From an uncultured Dehalococcoidales bacterium (GTDB lineage Bacteria; Chloroflexota; Dehalococcoidia; Dehalococcoidales; G020351185): a DNA stretch of 63,546 bases. The stretch lies in NCBI GenBank assembly GCA_964354125.1, contig CAYGXW010000003.1:1-63546 (forward strand), read 5' to 3'. Below, piece after piece: positions 43,046 through 53,039 of this stretch; the stretch's first letter is position 1; every line of letters starts with the position of its first letter. Both the position numbers and the translations under genes were made by a program. Below the pieces are notes generated by a model that saw only the letters and a program-made list of their open reading frames with translations, was not told the origin of the DNA and did not search any database.

Positions 43046-43523
43046 ATGATTCGCCAGTGCCAGCCAGCTGATAAAAACAGGCTCTACTTCATCATCAACG
43101 AGGCAGCCAAAGCCTATAAAGATAAAATACCACCCGACCGCTACCACGAGCCCTATATGTCTATGAAGGAGCTGGAGCGGGAAATGAAGCGCATCACCTT
43201 CTACGGCTGGGAGGAAGGCGGGGAACTAATCGGTTTAATGGGCATTGAGAGGGTTAATGATGTTACCCTCATCCGCCACACCTATGTCTTACCCCGGTGG
43301 CAGAGGCAGGGCATCGCCAGCAAACTGCTAGCTTATTCAAAAGGTCTGGTTACCACCCCCCCGCCTGCTGGTGGGCACCTGGGCGTCTGCCGACTGGGCG
43401 ATAAGCTTCTATAAAAAGCACGGCTTCAAGATGATGCCCGATAAGGATAAACTGTTAGAAACTTACTGGAACATCCCCAGACGCCAGATTGAGGAGTCGG
43501 TGGTTTTGGGGATGGATGTATAA
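43046..43523 (+). pseudogene. GNAT-family N-acetyltransferase interrupted by a frameshift in a C7 homopolymer
   Basis: Frame 1 gives ...RWQRQGIASKLLAYSKGLVTT. After the C-run at 43356-43362, another frame reads RLLVGTWASADWAISFYKKHGFKMMPDK...VVLGMDV, with a stop at 43521-43523. That is the normal GNAT C-terminus. Removing one C restores a single ~158-aa ORF. Confidence 0.7.
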
Positions 43524-43529
43524 AGTATT

Positions 43530-44315
43530 TCATAAACTACCGGACTGCTTTATATGATCTATTGAATATGCGTATCCAATACCTACATTAGCTGAACGCT
43601 CTATATTTAACGCAATACGCTTCATAATAGCCTGACTTACTTTCATTGCCTCAATTGGATCAACTGCTCCTACTCGCATTATACCTTGACACTTATATAA
43701 TGCATCGTAATTGTGATCTAAAGCGTTTAAAAGATCTTTAAATTGCATTTCAAGACCTGTAGCCTTACGTGTTACTATGCCAACAACCTTGCTAGATTCA
43801 ATCGACAGCAGCGGACCACCAGAATTGCCACCATTAACACTGCCATCAATCTGGATTATATTCCTACCATTAGCTTTGTGTTTAGATGATACATAACCAA
43901 CATGTGCTGTTAGATGTAAAGAATCAAAAGGAAATCCGATAAAGACTACTTGTTGACCAACAGCAACATCTTTAGCTGAGCCTAAATTAAACTTATAACG
44001 TTTATTGTATTCAGATTCATCCGCTCGTATTACTACATAATCTTCCATATCTTTAGGTGATTCTTTTACTACAAGTGACAATAAGTCTTCTTTAGACAAT
44101 CTAATAGCATCAGGTAATTCATCCAACGTACTACTATCATGGAAGCGAATAGCAACTGTATCGAAATCACTATCGCGAATGACATGACTATTGGTAATAA
44201 GATACTTATCATAAAGAAAACCTGACCCTGAAGATACACGTTCACGATTCTTTATGAATATTAAATGCACTATGCCAGATGATGTTGTTTGAATAATATC
44301 CTGTACAGTAGACAT
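43530..44315 (-). CDS. Cytoplasmic trypsin-like (S1, Trypsin_2-type) serine protease with an unusual helical C-terminal extension
   Basis: His (ITNSHV), Asp (DYVVIRAD) and Ser (NGGNSGGPL) motifs, with no signal peptide. The ATG at 44315 is preceded by GGAGGAGG. The ORF track opens at 44348. Confidence 0.7.
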   Translation of the reverse strand: MSTVQDIIQTTSSGIVHLIFIKNRERVSSGSGFLYDKYLITNSHVIRDSDFDTVAIRFHDSSTLDELPDAIRLSKEDLLSLVVKESPKDMEDYVVIRADESEYNKRYKFNLGSAKDVAVGQQVVFIGFPFDSLHLTAHVGYVSSKHKANGRNIIQIDGSVNGGNSGGPLLSIESSKVVGIVTRKATGLEMQFKDLLNALDHNYDALYKCQGIMRVGAVDPIEAMKVSQAIMKRIALNIERSANVGIGYAYSIDHIKQSGSL

Positions 44316-44335
44316 TATCTTCCTCCTCCTTCTTC

Positions 44336-45628
44336 TTATAAAGCACATCTCAGTTTCTTTATATTACACCTCATCCCTCCCACCCCATCCTTATATAGCT
44401 TCTCAAGCTTTACTTCGGTAATTTTATTGGCTAAATCTTCATTACTTTTGGTATATACCCTGATGTAGTTATTGGTAAGCCCGGACCAGATGCCGTTGGA
44501 CTTTTGCTCCCACAATACAGGCATAGACTTGCCTAGAAACCGCTGCCTGAAGTTTTGGGCGCTCCCCTCTGCCAGCGATAGCATCTTTTCACTTCTATGC
44601 TTCTTAACCTTAGCGCTTACCTGCTCTGGCATCTTGTCTGCCTCCGTACCGGGACGGGGGGAGAAGGGGAAAACATGGATGCGGGCAAAAGCCATCTCTT
44701 TACAGAAACTATAGCTCTCTTCAAACTCGCTTTCGCTCTCGCCGGGGAAGCCGACGATAACATCGGTGGTGATGGCTGCCCCGGGCACTACCGAGCGGAT
44801 TAAGGATACTGCTCTCTTATAATTCTCGCTTGAATAGCACCTCTTCATCCGTTTCAGAACACTATCGCTACCGCTCTGAAGGGAGAGGTGAAGGTGAGGG
44901 CATAATCTAGGGTTACGCCATAGCTCAATCAGCTCGGGACTGATTTCCTGGGGCTGGATTGATGACAGCCGCAACCGCATAATATCAGTTTCAGACAATA
45001 TGTGCCCAAGCAGAGCCTTTAGATTAAGCCCATTATAGCTATAAGAGCCAATCTCGGTGCCGGTAAGCACCACCTCTTTATAGCCCTGGGCAACCCTCTC
45101 GCTGATTTGGGCAATAACCTTTTCATCGGGCAGGCTCTTCTGCTTTCCCCGCACCAGGGGCACAATACAGTAGGAACAGAGGTTGTTACAGCCATCCTGA
45201 ACCTTGATAAAAGAGCGGTTTCTTAAGCCATTATATTTATATCCCTGAACGCCGGCTGGCTGGCTTAAGTATCCCGAATCTTCCAGCAACTGCACTAGGT
45301 TCATCTTGTTATCGTTGCCCAGCACCAGACCAACCCCCTCAATCCGGTGTAGCTCATGTTCAGCCCTCTGGGCATAACAGCCAGTAGCCACCAGTAATGC
45401 TTCAGGGTTACGTCGGTGAGCCATCCTGAGCAGGTGCCTGGATTTTCGGTCAGCGATATGGGTAACAGTGCAGGTGTTCAGTATGTAAATATCAGCTTTG
45501 TCAGCCGACGACACCAATCTACAGCCGGCTAGGGCAAGCCGCCGGGCAAGAAGCTCGGTCTCTGCCTGATTAAGCTTACAGCCCAGTGTCTCCAGAGCAA
45601 CCCTGGTATTTCTAAGACTTTTTTTCAT
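44336..45628 (-). CDS. MiaB-like radical-SAM tRNA methylthiotransferase (MtaB-type)
   Basis: N-terminal UPF0004 domain (LETLGCKLNQ), radical SAM motif CNNLCSYCIVP, and a C-terminal TRAM-like end. The likely start is the ATG at 45628 (MKKSLRN). Confidence 0.75.
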   Translation of the reverse strand: MKKSLRNTRVALETLGCKLNQAETELLARRLALAGCRLVSSADKADIYILNTCTVTHIADRKSRHLLRMAHRRNPEALLVATGCYAQRAEHELHRIEGVGLVLGNDNKMNLVQLLEDSGYLSQPAGVQGYKYNGLRNRSFIKVQDGCNNLCSYCIVPLVRGKQKSLPDEKVIAQISERVAQGYKEVVLTGTEIGSYSYNGLNLKALLGHILSETDIMRLRLSSIQPQEISPELIELWRNPRLCPHLHLSLQSGSDSVLKRMKRCYSSENYKRAVSLIRSVVPGAAITTDVIVGFPGESESEFEESYSFCKEMAFARIHVFPFSPRPGTEADKMPEQVSAKVKKHRSEKMLSLAEGSAQNFRQRFLGKSMPVLWEQKSNGIWSGLTNNYIRVYTKSNEDLANKITEVKLEKLYKDGVGGMRCNIKKLRCAL

Positions 45629-45719
45629 CCTAGCTATACTGGCATTATAACAAAAGAACCCCATCCTTGCAGGTATGCCCAAAATATGTTATAAATAGCC
45701 TAGTCCTCATCTCCTTCCA

Positions 45720-46982
45720 TTGATGACCATGGCTTATACAAACAACAGGGTAGTCGTTACTGGAATAGGTATCATGAGCCCTCTTGGGCTGGATGCTGCC
45801 ACTACCTGGGAAGGGCTAACTGCCGGCAAATCGGGCATTGACTACATCACCCTGTTTGATACTGAAGGTCTTGAGACCAGGTTCGGCGGCGAGGTCAAGG
45901 GTTTTGAAGCTACCAATTACATAAGTCGCAAGGAAGCCCGTCATATGGACCGCTTCGCCCAGCTAGCTGTTGCCGCTAGCTTAGAAGCAGTAGAGAAATC
46001 TGGAATCCAGATTGATTCAGGCAACCAGAACAACACTGGGATTATCATCGGTAGCGGTATCGGTGGCTTGTCCACCCTGTTTGAACAAACCAAGGTGCTA
46101 CTGGAAAAGGGGCCGGAAAGGGTTAGCCCCTTCCTAGTCCCAATGATGATTGCCGATATGGCTGCCGCCCAGATATCAATTGTATTGGGGACTAAGGGGC
46201 CAAACCTGTGCATCACCACCGCCTGCTCCAGTGGCTCGGATGCTATAGGCGCCGCCTACGAGTTAATAAAACGAGGTGATGCTAAAGCCATGCTAGCCGG
46301 GGGCAGTGAATCAATAATGGTCCCGATAGGCTTTGCCGCCTTTAATGCTCTAAAAGCCCTCTCAACCAGGAATGATGAACCACAACTGGCTTCCCGCCCC
46401 TTTGACACTGAAAGAGATGGTTTTGTTATCAGCGAAGGAGCCGCCGTCCTGGTCCTGGAAAATCTAGCCGGTGCCAAGGAAAGGGGCGCCAAAATTCTAG
46501 CCGAGGTCGTTTCCTACGGAGCAAGTGCTGATGCCTTCCACATTACTCAACCAACTAAGGATGGAGAAGGTGCCGCCAGGGCTATGCAGATGGCTCTAGA
46601 TAAAGCTGGACTAGCCCCTTCTGAAATTGACTATATTAACGCCCATGGTACATCAACGCAGTTAAATGACAGAATGGAGACCAAGGCGATAAAGACTATC
46701 TTCGGTGAAAATGCCTATAAAATTCCGGTAAGTTCCACCAAATCTATGACCGGGCACCTGATAGGCGGCGCTGGTGCTCTTGAAGCAGCCATCTGCATTA
46801 TGGCTATTCAAAATGGCATCATACCACCAACCATAAATCTTACCCACCCCGACCCTGATTGTGACCTGGACTATGTGCCCAATGTAGCCCGCCGCACTAC
46901 GGTCAGTACCGCCCTTTCCAATTCCTTCGGCTTCGGCGGCCATAATTCAACCCTGATATTTAAGAAGTATGGTGAGGCATAA
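45720..46982 (+). CDS. fabF: 3-oxoacyl-ACP synthase II
   Basis: Active-site TTACSSGS, HGTSTQLND and GHLIGGAGALEA. 420 aa. Confidence 0.9.
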   Translation: MMTMAYTNNRVVVTGIGIMSPLGLDAATTWEGLTAGKSGIDYITLFDTEGLETRFGGEVKGFEATNYISRKEARHMDRFAQLAVAASLEAVEKSGIQIDSGNQNNTGIIIGSGIGGLSTLFEQTKVLLEKGPERVSPFLVPMMIADMAAAQISIVLGTKGPNLCITTACSSGSDAIGAAYELIKRGDAKAMLAGGSESIMVPIGFAAFNALKALSTRNDEPQLASRPFDTERDGFVISEGAAVLVLENLAGAKERGAKILAEVVSYGASADAFHITQPTKDGEGAARAMQMALDKAGLAPSEIDYINAHGTSTQLNDRMETKAIKTIFGENAYKIPVSSTKSMTGHLIGGAGALEAAICIMAIQNGIIPPTINLTHPDPDCDLDYVPNVARRTTVSTALSNSFGFGGHNSTLIFKKYGEA

Positions 46983-46985
46983 GGC

Positions 46986-48674
46986 TTGAACCACTATCGT
47001 TGGAACATTCTGCCACCCGTTCCAGCGGAACATTCCATCAATACTTCCGGCTTCCCACCCCTAATAGTCCAGCTTTTATACAATCGTGGTATTACCGAGC
47101 CGTCCCAGACGGAGCTATTTCTCACCGCAGATAAGCGCCTGTCAGCTGACCCCTATCTACTGCCTGATATGCACCGGGCAGTTTCCAGAATCTACCAAGC
47201 CCTGCTTTCGGGAGAGAAAATCGCCGTCTACGGAGACTTTGACGCCGATGGTATTACCGGGGCGGCTCTACTAACCCAGGGATTAGCTTCCCTCGGGGCT
47301 AAAGTTACCCCCTATATCCCCCACCGCATAAGGGAGGGCCACGGACTCAACACCTCCGCCCTGGAGCAGCTTCAAGAGCAGGGCATCAGCCTGGTTATTA
47401 CGGTTGACTGCGGTGTGACCGGTTCCTCCCAGGTCAAAAGGGCAAATAAGAAAAGGCTTGATATAGTTATTACCGACCACCATACCCCTCTTGATGAACT
47501 GCCCCCGGCTATAGCTGTTATTGACCCCAAGAGAGCCGATTCAAACTATCCATTCTCAGAACTGGCTGGTGTTGGGGTAGGCTTCAAACTGCTCCAGGCC
47601 CTGTACCAAGGCATGGGAAGAGAGGAGCAACTTGAGCCACTTCTAGACCTGGTAGCCTTTGGCACGGTAGCTGACATGATGCCCGTACTCGGAGAGAACC
47701 GTTATCTGATAAAGCAGGGGCTTAGGCTAATGAATACAACACCCAGACCAGGCATCAGAGAAATGGTAGAGCTGGCTAAAATTGGCATTGGCAACCTTAG
47801 TACCGAAGACATCTCCTGGATACTGGCACCACGCCTGAATGCCACTGGCAGGCTGGAACACGCCATAGCCAGCTACAAACTTATGATAACCGACCTGCCA
47901 GATGAGGCTCACGAGCTGGCACTACTTCTAGAAGAGAAAAATGCCGAACGCCAAAGGTTAACAACCAAAGCCCTGGCTAAGGCTAGGAAGCAAATCCTGA
48001 CCAAAGGAATTTCAACACTGCTAATAGCCAGCGACAGTGACTATCAGGGAGGTATCCTTGGGCTGGTAGCCGGAAGACTGGCTGGTGAATTCTATCGCCC
48101 ATCGGTAGTTGTCAATATCGGTGATAAGTTCAGCGCTGGAAGCTGTCGCAGTATCCCGGAATTCAATATAATCCGAGCCGTAAATCAGTGCAGCCATCTG
48201 CTGACCCGCTTCGGTGGTCACTCTCAGGCAGCCGGCTTTACCCTGCCGACGGCAAACCTGGCTCGCCTTGAGCAACAACTCAGTCAAATTGCCACCAGCG
48301 AGCTAGCCGGATTAGACCTTCAACCACGGTTGGATATTGATGCCGAGGTTGCCCTGGATGAGCTGGCTGGGGATACCTTCCAAACAATCCAGATGCTGGC
48401 GCCATTCGGGCAGGGTAATCCCCTACCCACCCTGCTAAGCCGTGGTGTGAAGGTTGTAGACTATCGCCCTATGGGTAATAATGGAGAGCACTTAAGATTG
48501 AAGCTAAAGCAGGATAGCATAATATGGGATGCGGTTGCCTTCGGGCTGGGCAATCTAATGCCCAAAATACCTCCTATTATTGATATTGTCTATAATCTTG
48601 AACTGGATAAATGGTGTGGAGAGGAGAGGCTACGACTTAATGTCCTTGACCTGACACCGAAAAATCAGGCTTAA
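46986..48674 (+). CDS. recJ: Single-stranded-DNA-specific exonuclease RecJ
   Basis: DHH family motifs GDFDADGITG and VITDHHTP, plus the DHHA1 region. Confidence 0.85.
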   Translation: MNHYRWNILPPVPAEHSINTSGFPPLIVQLLYNRGITEPSQTELFLTADKRLSADPYLLPDMHRAVSRIYQALLSGEKIAVYGDFDADGITGAALLTQGLASLGAKVTPYIPHRIREGHGLNTSALEQLQEQGISLVITVDCGVTGSSQVKRANKKRLDIVITDHHTPLDELPPAIAVIDPKRADSNYPFSELAGVGVGFKLLQALYQGMGREEQLEPLLDLVAFGTVADMMPVLGENRYLIKQGLRLMNTTPRPGIREMVELAKIGIGNLSTEDISWILAPRLNATGRLEHAIASYKLMITDLPDEAHELALLLEEKNAERQRLTTKALAKARKQILTKGISTLLIASDSDYQGGILGLVAGRLAGEFYRPSVVVNIGDKFSAGSCRSIPEFNIIRAVNQCSHLLTRFGGHSQAAGFTLPTANLARLEQQLSQIATSELAGLDLQPRLDIDAEVALDELAGDTFQTIQMLAPFGQGNPLPTLLSRGVKVVDYRPMGNNGEHLRLKLKQDSIIWDAVAFGLGNLMPKIPPIIDIVYNLELDKWCGEERLRLNVLDLTPKNQA

Positions 48675-48707
48675 TAAATAAAATCAAAATTTATTAAGGA
48701 TACATAA

Positions 48708-49349
48708 ATGTTAAATGAACCTACTGCTATCGCTATCGCTATAATAGGCGCCTATTTGCTCGGCTCCATTCCTTCAGCCTACATCGCCGGACGCCTGCGA
48801 AAGGGGATAGACATCCGCCAAATTGGTAGTCGTAATATGGGTGCCATGAATGTCTTTTATAATATAGGCTTCATTTCTGGCTTGCTGGTTCTACTGGCGG
48901 ATATAGGTAAGGGAACAGCCGCTGTCGCCTTAGCCAGCTGGTTATTAAGCTTAGTGGATGGCCCTATAATATTCGTGTTTTTTGCCGGTGCCGTTGCCGT
49001 AATAGGCCATAGCTTCCCGGTGTGGCTCAAATTCCGCGGTGGCAGGGGAGGGGCTCCCCTTATCGGCATTCTTGTTTTTCTTATGCCCTGGGGTATACCC
49101 ATCAGCCTGTCCGTCTTTCTGCTTCTCCTGCTGCTGACCCACTTTCCTACCCTCAGCTACAGCATAGCCCTACTCTGTTTCCCCTTTGTCGCCTGGCTAA
49201 TCTATCATGATGGCAATTATGTGCTCTATTCATCATTAATGCTTTTAATTCCCTTTATCCGCTACATCCCCAGGATAAAGGAGATGCGTTCCAAAGGCGG
49301 TAGCTGGAAACATGTAGTTTTGCGTCGTAACATTAAAGACAGGTTTTGA
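48708..49349 (+). CDS. plsY: Glycerol-3-phosphate acyltransferase PlsY
   Basis: LLGSIPSAYI, GSRNMGAMNV, and about 5 TM helices. 213 aa. Confidence 0.85.
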   Translation: MLNEPTAIAIAIIGAYLLGSIPSAYIAGRLRKGIDIRQIGSRNMGAMNVFYNIGFISGLLVLLADIGKGTAAVALASWLLSLVDGPIIFVFFAGAVAVIGHSFPVWLKFRGGRGGAPLIGILVFLMPWGIPISLSVFLLLLLLTHFPTLSYSIALLCFPFVAWLIYHDGNYVLYSSLMLLIPFIRYIPRIKEMRSKGGSWKHVVLRRNIKDRF

Positions 49350-49370
49350 TAATAAGAATAGAACAAGCCC

Positions 49371-49880
49371 CTAGCCTTGATGGTTCTCTCGGTATCTTTT
49401 TTGGGCCTCGGAGATTATTTTTAAAACCTGATTCCTATCCCCTTGCCAACCTTCCACTGCGGTTTTCTTTTTCTCCAGGTCCTTATAAACGGAGAAAAAA
49501 TGCTCTATTTCTTTAAGTAAGTGCGGGGGGACATCAGCCAGGGTCTCGATATGATTCCAAAACGGGTCAGCCACTGGCACACACAGGATTTTCTCATCCG
49601 GGCCCCTTTCATCCCACATCTTGAACAAACCAACTGGCTTAACCTCAATCAAGCATCCAGGAAAGGTCGGCTCCCATACCAAGACCAGGGCATCCAACGG
49701 GTCTCCGTCTTCTGCTAGAGTCTCAGGGAAAAAGCCATAATCGCTGGGGTAATGGACAGCCGAAAACAGCATACGATCAAACCTCATCAGCTTCCTTGCT
49801 TCATCATATTCGTATTTGTTACGGCTCCCCTTTGGTATTTCAACAATAACTTCAAAAACTGACTTATCCTTGTCATCCAT
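49371..49880 (-). CDS. ppa: Inorganic pyrophosphatase (family I)
   Basis: EIPKGSRNKYEYD and DGDPLDALVL motifs. 169 aa. Confidence 0.9.
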   Translation of the reverse strand: MDDKDKSVFEVIVEIPKGSRNKYEYDEARKLMRFDRMLFSAVHYPSDYGFFPETLAEDGDPLDALVLVWEPTFPGCLIEVKPVGLFKMWDERGPDEKILCVPVADPFWNHIETLADVPPHLLKEIEHFFSVYKDLEKKKTAVEGWQGDRNQVLKIISEAQKRYRENHQG

Positions 49881-50691
49881 TTTCTACCTCCTCCATGTTA
49901 TCCCCGGCTGTATCTTTGACCTCACCCTGTTTAACCCACCGAACCCGGCGGCGAACCAGCAGGATTATGGCGATAACCACCACTATTATGCCTATCACCT
50001 GAGCCTGGTGTAAACCAAACAGGAAAGGCGTGCCCTCTCCTCTTATAAAATCAATGCCAATCCGCCACAGGGAATAACTGCCGAGATAGATAAGAAATAG
50101 TGAGCCATCCGGCTTGAGCCTGCCCTTCAGTAGCATAACAACTCCAAAAAGGAGCAGGAGAAATATAATTTCATAAACCTGTGTCGGGTGAACGCCGCTG
50201 ACACCAACGCTATTAGGGTGAGTATAGCTTATAGCCCAGGGTAAAGAAGTGGCTGTGCCATAACAGCAGCCGTTTAATGTACAGCCCACCCGGCCGATAG
50301 CCTGAGCCAGTATAATACCTGGTGCCACCAAATCTGCCCCGTAGCCGTAATTGAAGGGGCGGAACTTGCTGTAAATCCAGGTACCTAGGACAGCACCCAG
50401 AATAGCGCCATAGATAGTCAGCCCCTCACCACCGATTATCTGTCCCAGATTTTGGCTATAGAATTCCCAGCGGTCAATAACATGCAGCAGTCTGGCAAAT
50501 ATAATACCTGAAGGTATACCAATTATAGCTAGGGTGACAACCGTTTCAATAGGAAGGATTTTATCCTTCCTGACCTGCCAAATAGCCCACAATACAAGAA
50601 CCAGGACCCCCAGCCCAATCATGATACCGTACCATCTGACTTCTACCGAGCCTATGGTAAAGGCAATCGGGTCTATACCTATTTCCATCAT
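49873..50691 (-). CDS. lgt: Prolipoprotein diacylglyceryl transferase
   Basis: RWYGIMI, GRVGCTLNGCCYG, and multiple TM helices. 272 aa. Confidence 0.85.
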   Translation of the reverse strand: MMEIGIDPIAFTIGSVEVRWYGIMIGLGVLVLVLWAIWQVRKDKILPIETVVTLAIIGIPSGIIFARLLHVIDRWEFYSQNLGQIIGGEGLTIYGAILGAVLGTWIYSKFRPFNYGYGADLVAPGIILAQAIGRVGCTLNGCCYGTATSLPWAISYTHPNSVGVSGVHPTQVYEIIFLLLLFGVVMLLKGRLKPDGSLFLIYLGSYSLWRIGIDFIRGEGTPFLFGLHQAQVIGIIVVVIAIILLVRRRVRWVKQGEVKDTAGDNMEEVENG

Positions 50692-53024
50692 CCCTTCTCC
50701 AATCTATTTAATACTGAAAAACCATCCCCCTTATCCCCAACACCAGCCAGCAACCCTTTAAGAATCATCTGGGCGGCTTTTTTATCTAAAGGCTCGTTAT
50801 TATCGCCGCACTTTGGCGACTGGATGCAACTAGGACACCCTTCCTGACAGGGGCACTCAGCAATCGCCTCAAGAGTAGCCTGCCACAACTGCCGGATAAT
50901 TTCAAATCCCTTCTCGGCAATACCGACACCGCCGGGGTAGGCATCATAGATAAAAATCTGCGCCCTACCGGTATCAGGGTGTAATGGGGTTGATACACCC
51001 CCGACGTCATTTCTATCACACATGGCAAACAGGGGTAAAATGGCAATGGCAGCGTGTTCGGCGGCGTGTAAACCACCGGTAATGTCTAGCCCAGCTCTGG
51101 CTAGTGAGTCAATAACCTCGGCTGGTAGGTCAAACCACAGGGCAATGGTAGGGAAATGCTGTGATGGCAGGTCTAGTGGCTCTTCACCAATTACTTCATC
51201 AGTGAACTGCGCCTTCCTTTTAAAGCCGACCACAGTTGTCGTAACTTCAACCTGCCCCAGGCGCACCTTTACCCGCCTGTATTTTTTCTGACAGACAACC
51301 TTCAGGATGCGCAAATCATTAATCTCCCGAGCCACAGTGTAGTAAGGAATTGTAGTCGGCTCAGCTCTAGCAGTACGACCAACCAGGTCAAGCTCAGTAA
51401 CCAGATAGGATTCCCCCTGATGGAGATAGATGGCTCCGGGGTGCACCTGAAAGAGGGCGGTGCTGGTCTCTATAGTTTCCAACAGTGAGTTTGTTGATGT
51501 GTCAATCAGGGCAAGATTCTCTCCCGATGTAGCGCGAATATTGACCTCCTGAGCCGGATAGGCAATAGACGGCGAAAGATACCAGTGGCCATTCCTCTGT
51601 CTCAACATACCCTGCTTCTCAAGCTCCTCCGCTTCCTTGGTTAAACAGGAACCAAAAAACTGGTCATCATCACCGAGGAGCGGAGACTCCCAGGCGGCGC
51701 ACAGCAGGTGCGCTCTTAGAATATAGGGATTTTCCGTATTGACCAGGGCGTTCTCAAAGCTTTTCTGAAAAAAGAATTCCGGGTGGCGCATGAAGTACTG
51801 GTCCAGAGGGTTATCCAGGGCAACCAGAAAGCTGAGCGAACTGCCTTCACCCCGACCGCTCCTGCCTGCCTGCTGCCAGGTGCTGGCGATCGTCCCCGGG
51901 TAGCCGGTAAGAACCGTCGCCTCAAGGTCACCGATATCAATGCCCAGCTCCAGGGCATTCGTAGCCACCACCCCGCTAAGTTGACCACTGAAAAGTTCCT
52001 GCTCTATCTGTCGCCTCTGCTCAGGCAGGTAGCCTGCCCGATACGCCTTAATCTTCCTGACATGTGATGGGCTTATTTCAGCCAGCTTTTTTCTTGAATA
52101 GTTAGCCACCAGCTCGGTCAGCCGGCGGGTGCGGCTGAAGGTAAGGGTACGAATATCATGGCTGACCAGTGCAGTAAACAATCCGGCGGCCTCACTATTA
52201 GTACTGCGCCGAATACCCCTAGCCTCATCTATAATTGGCGGATTCCAGAAAACGAATTCCTTGCCGCCTTTAGGTGAACCATCATTACCAACTACCGTAA
52301 AAGGCAAGCCAACCAGCTTCTCGGCATGTTCACCGGGATTATCTATGGTAGCCGAACAGCAGATGAATTGAGGGCTAATACCATAGTTATTACACAGGCG
52401 ACGCAGGCGACGCAGGACTAACGCTACATGTGAGCCAAAAACACCGCGATAGCTATGGGCTTCATCTATGACTATGTATTTCACATGACGCATCAGCCTT
52501 GCCCACGACTTGTGGTTGGGCAATATACCGACATGGAGCATATCAGGATTGGTCAGTATTATCCTAGCCCGTTTCCTTATCTCCGAACGTTCTTCAGTCG
52601 GGGTATCGCCATCAAAGGTAGCTATCTTCTCATAGCCTATCAGTTGAGGACAAAACAGTTCTGAAAACGAGCGTAGCTGGTCTTGTGCTAGGGCTTTGGT
52701 CGGGAAAAGATAGAGGGCGCAGCTTGCCGGTTCGGTTAAAACCTTCTCAAGCACCGGGATGTTGTAGCACAGGCTCTTGCCACTGGCGCTTGAAGTGGCT
52801 ACCATGACATTCCTGCCATTACGGGCAAGCTTAACCGCTTCCGCCTGATGGGCATAAAGGGGTAGTAATTTATGCTCTCTCAGGCTCTCTTCAAGCTCTG
52901 TTTCAAGAGGGTTATCCAGCTCGGCAAAGCTAGCCTTTCTGGATGGGATATGCTCAATATGGGCAATCTGGGAACCATAGTTAGGCTGGGCAATAAGGTA
53001 GTCAATAAAGGCTGAGGTGTCCAC
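50688..53024 (-). CDS. DEAD/DEAH-box helicase with C-terminal DUF1998/MrfA zinc-binding domain (YprA/MrfA-like)
   Basis: Motif I TSSASGKS, motif II VIDEAHSY, and C-terminal CPCQEGCPSCIQSPKCG. 778 aa. Confidence 0.8.
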   Translation of the reverse strand: MDTSAFIDYLIAQPNYGSQIAHIEHIPSRKASFAELDNPLETELEESLREHKLLPLYAHQAEAVKLARNGRNVMVATSSASGKSLCYNIPVLEKVLTEPASCALYLFPTKALAQDQLRSFSELFCPQLIGYEKIATFDGDTPTEERSEIRKRARIILTNPDMLHVGILPNHKSWARLMRHVKYIVIDEAHSYRGVFGSHVALVLRRLRRLCNNYGISPQFICCSATIDNPGEHAEKLVGLPFTVVGNDGSPKGGKEFVFWNPPIIDEARGIRRSTNSEAAGLFTALVSHDIRTLTFSRTRRLTELVANYSRKKLAEISPSHVRKIKAYRAGYLPEQRRQIEQELFSGQLSGVVATNALELGIDIGDLEATVLTGYPGTIASTWQQAGRSGRGEGSSLSFLVALDNPLDQYFMRHPEFFFQKSFENALVNTENPYILRAHLLCAAWESPLLGDDDQFFGSCLTKEAEELEKQGMLRQRNGHWYLSPSIAYPAQEVNIRATSGENLALIDTSTNSLLETIETSTALFQVHPGAIYLHQGESYLVTELDLVGRTARAEPTTIPYYTVAREINDLRILKVVCQKKYRRVKVRLGQVEVTTTVVGFKRKAQFTDEVIGEEPLDLPSQHFPTIALWFDLPAEVIDSLARAGLDITGGLHAAEHAAIAILPLFAMCDRNDVGGVSTPLHPDTGRAQIFIYDAYPGGVGIAEKGFEIIRQLWQATLEAIAECPCQEGCPSCIQSPKCGDNNEPLDKKAAQMILKGLLAGVGDKGDGFSVLNRLEKG

Positions 53025-53039
53025 TAAAACTCCATCTCA

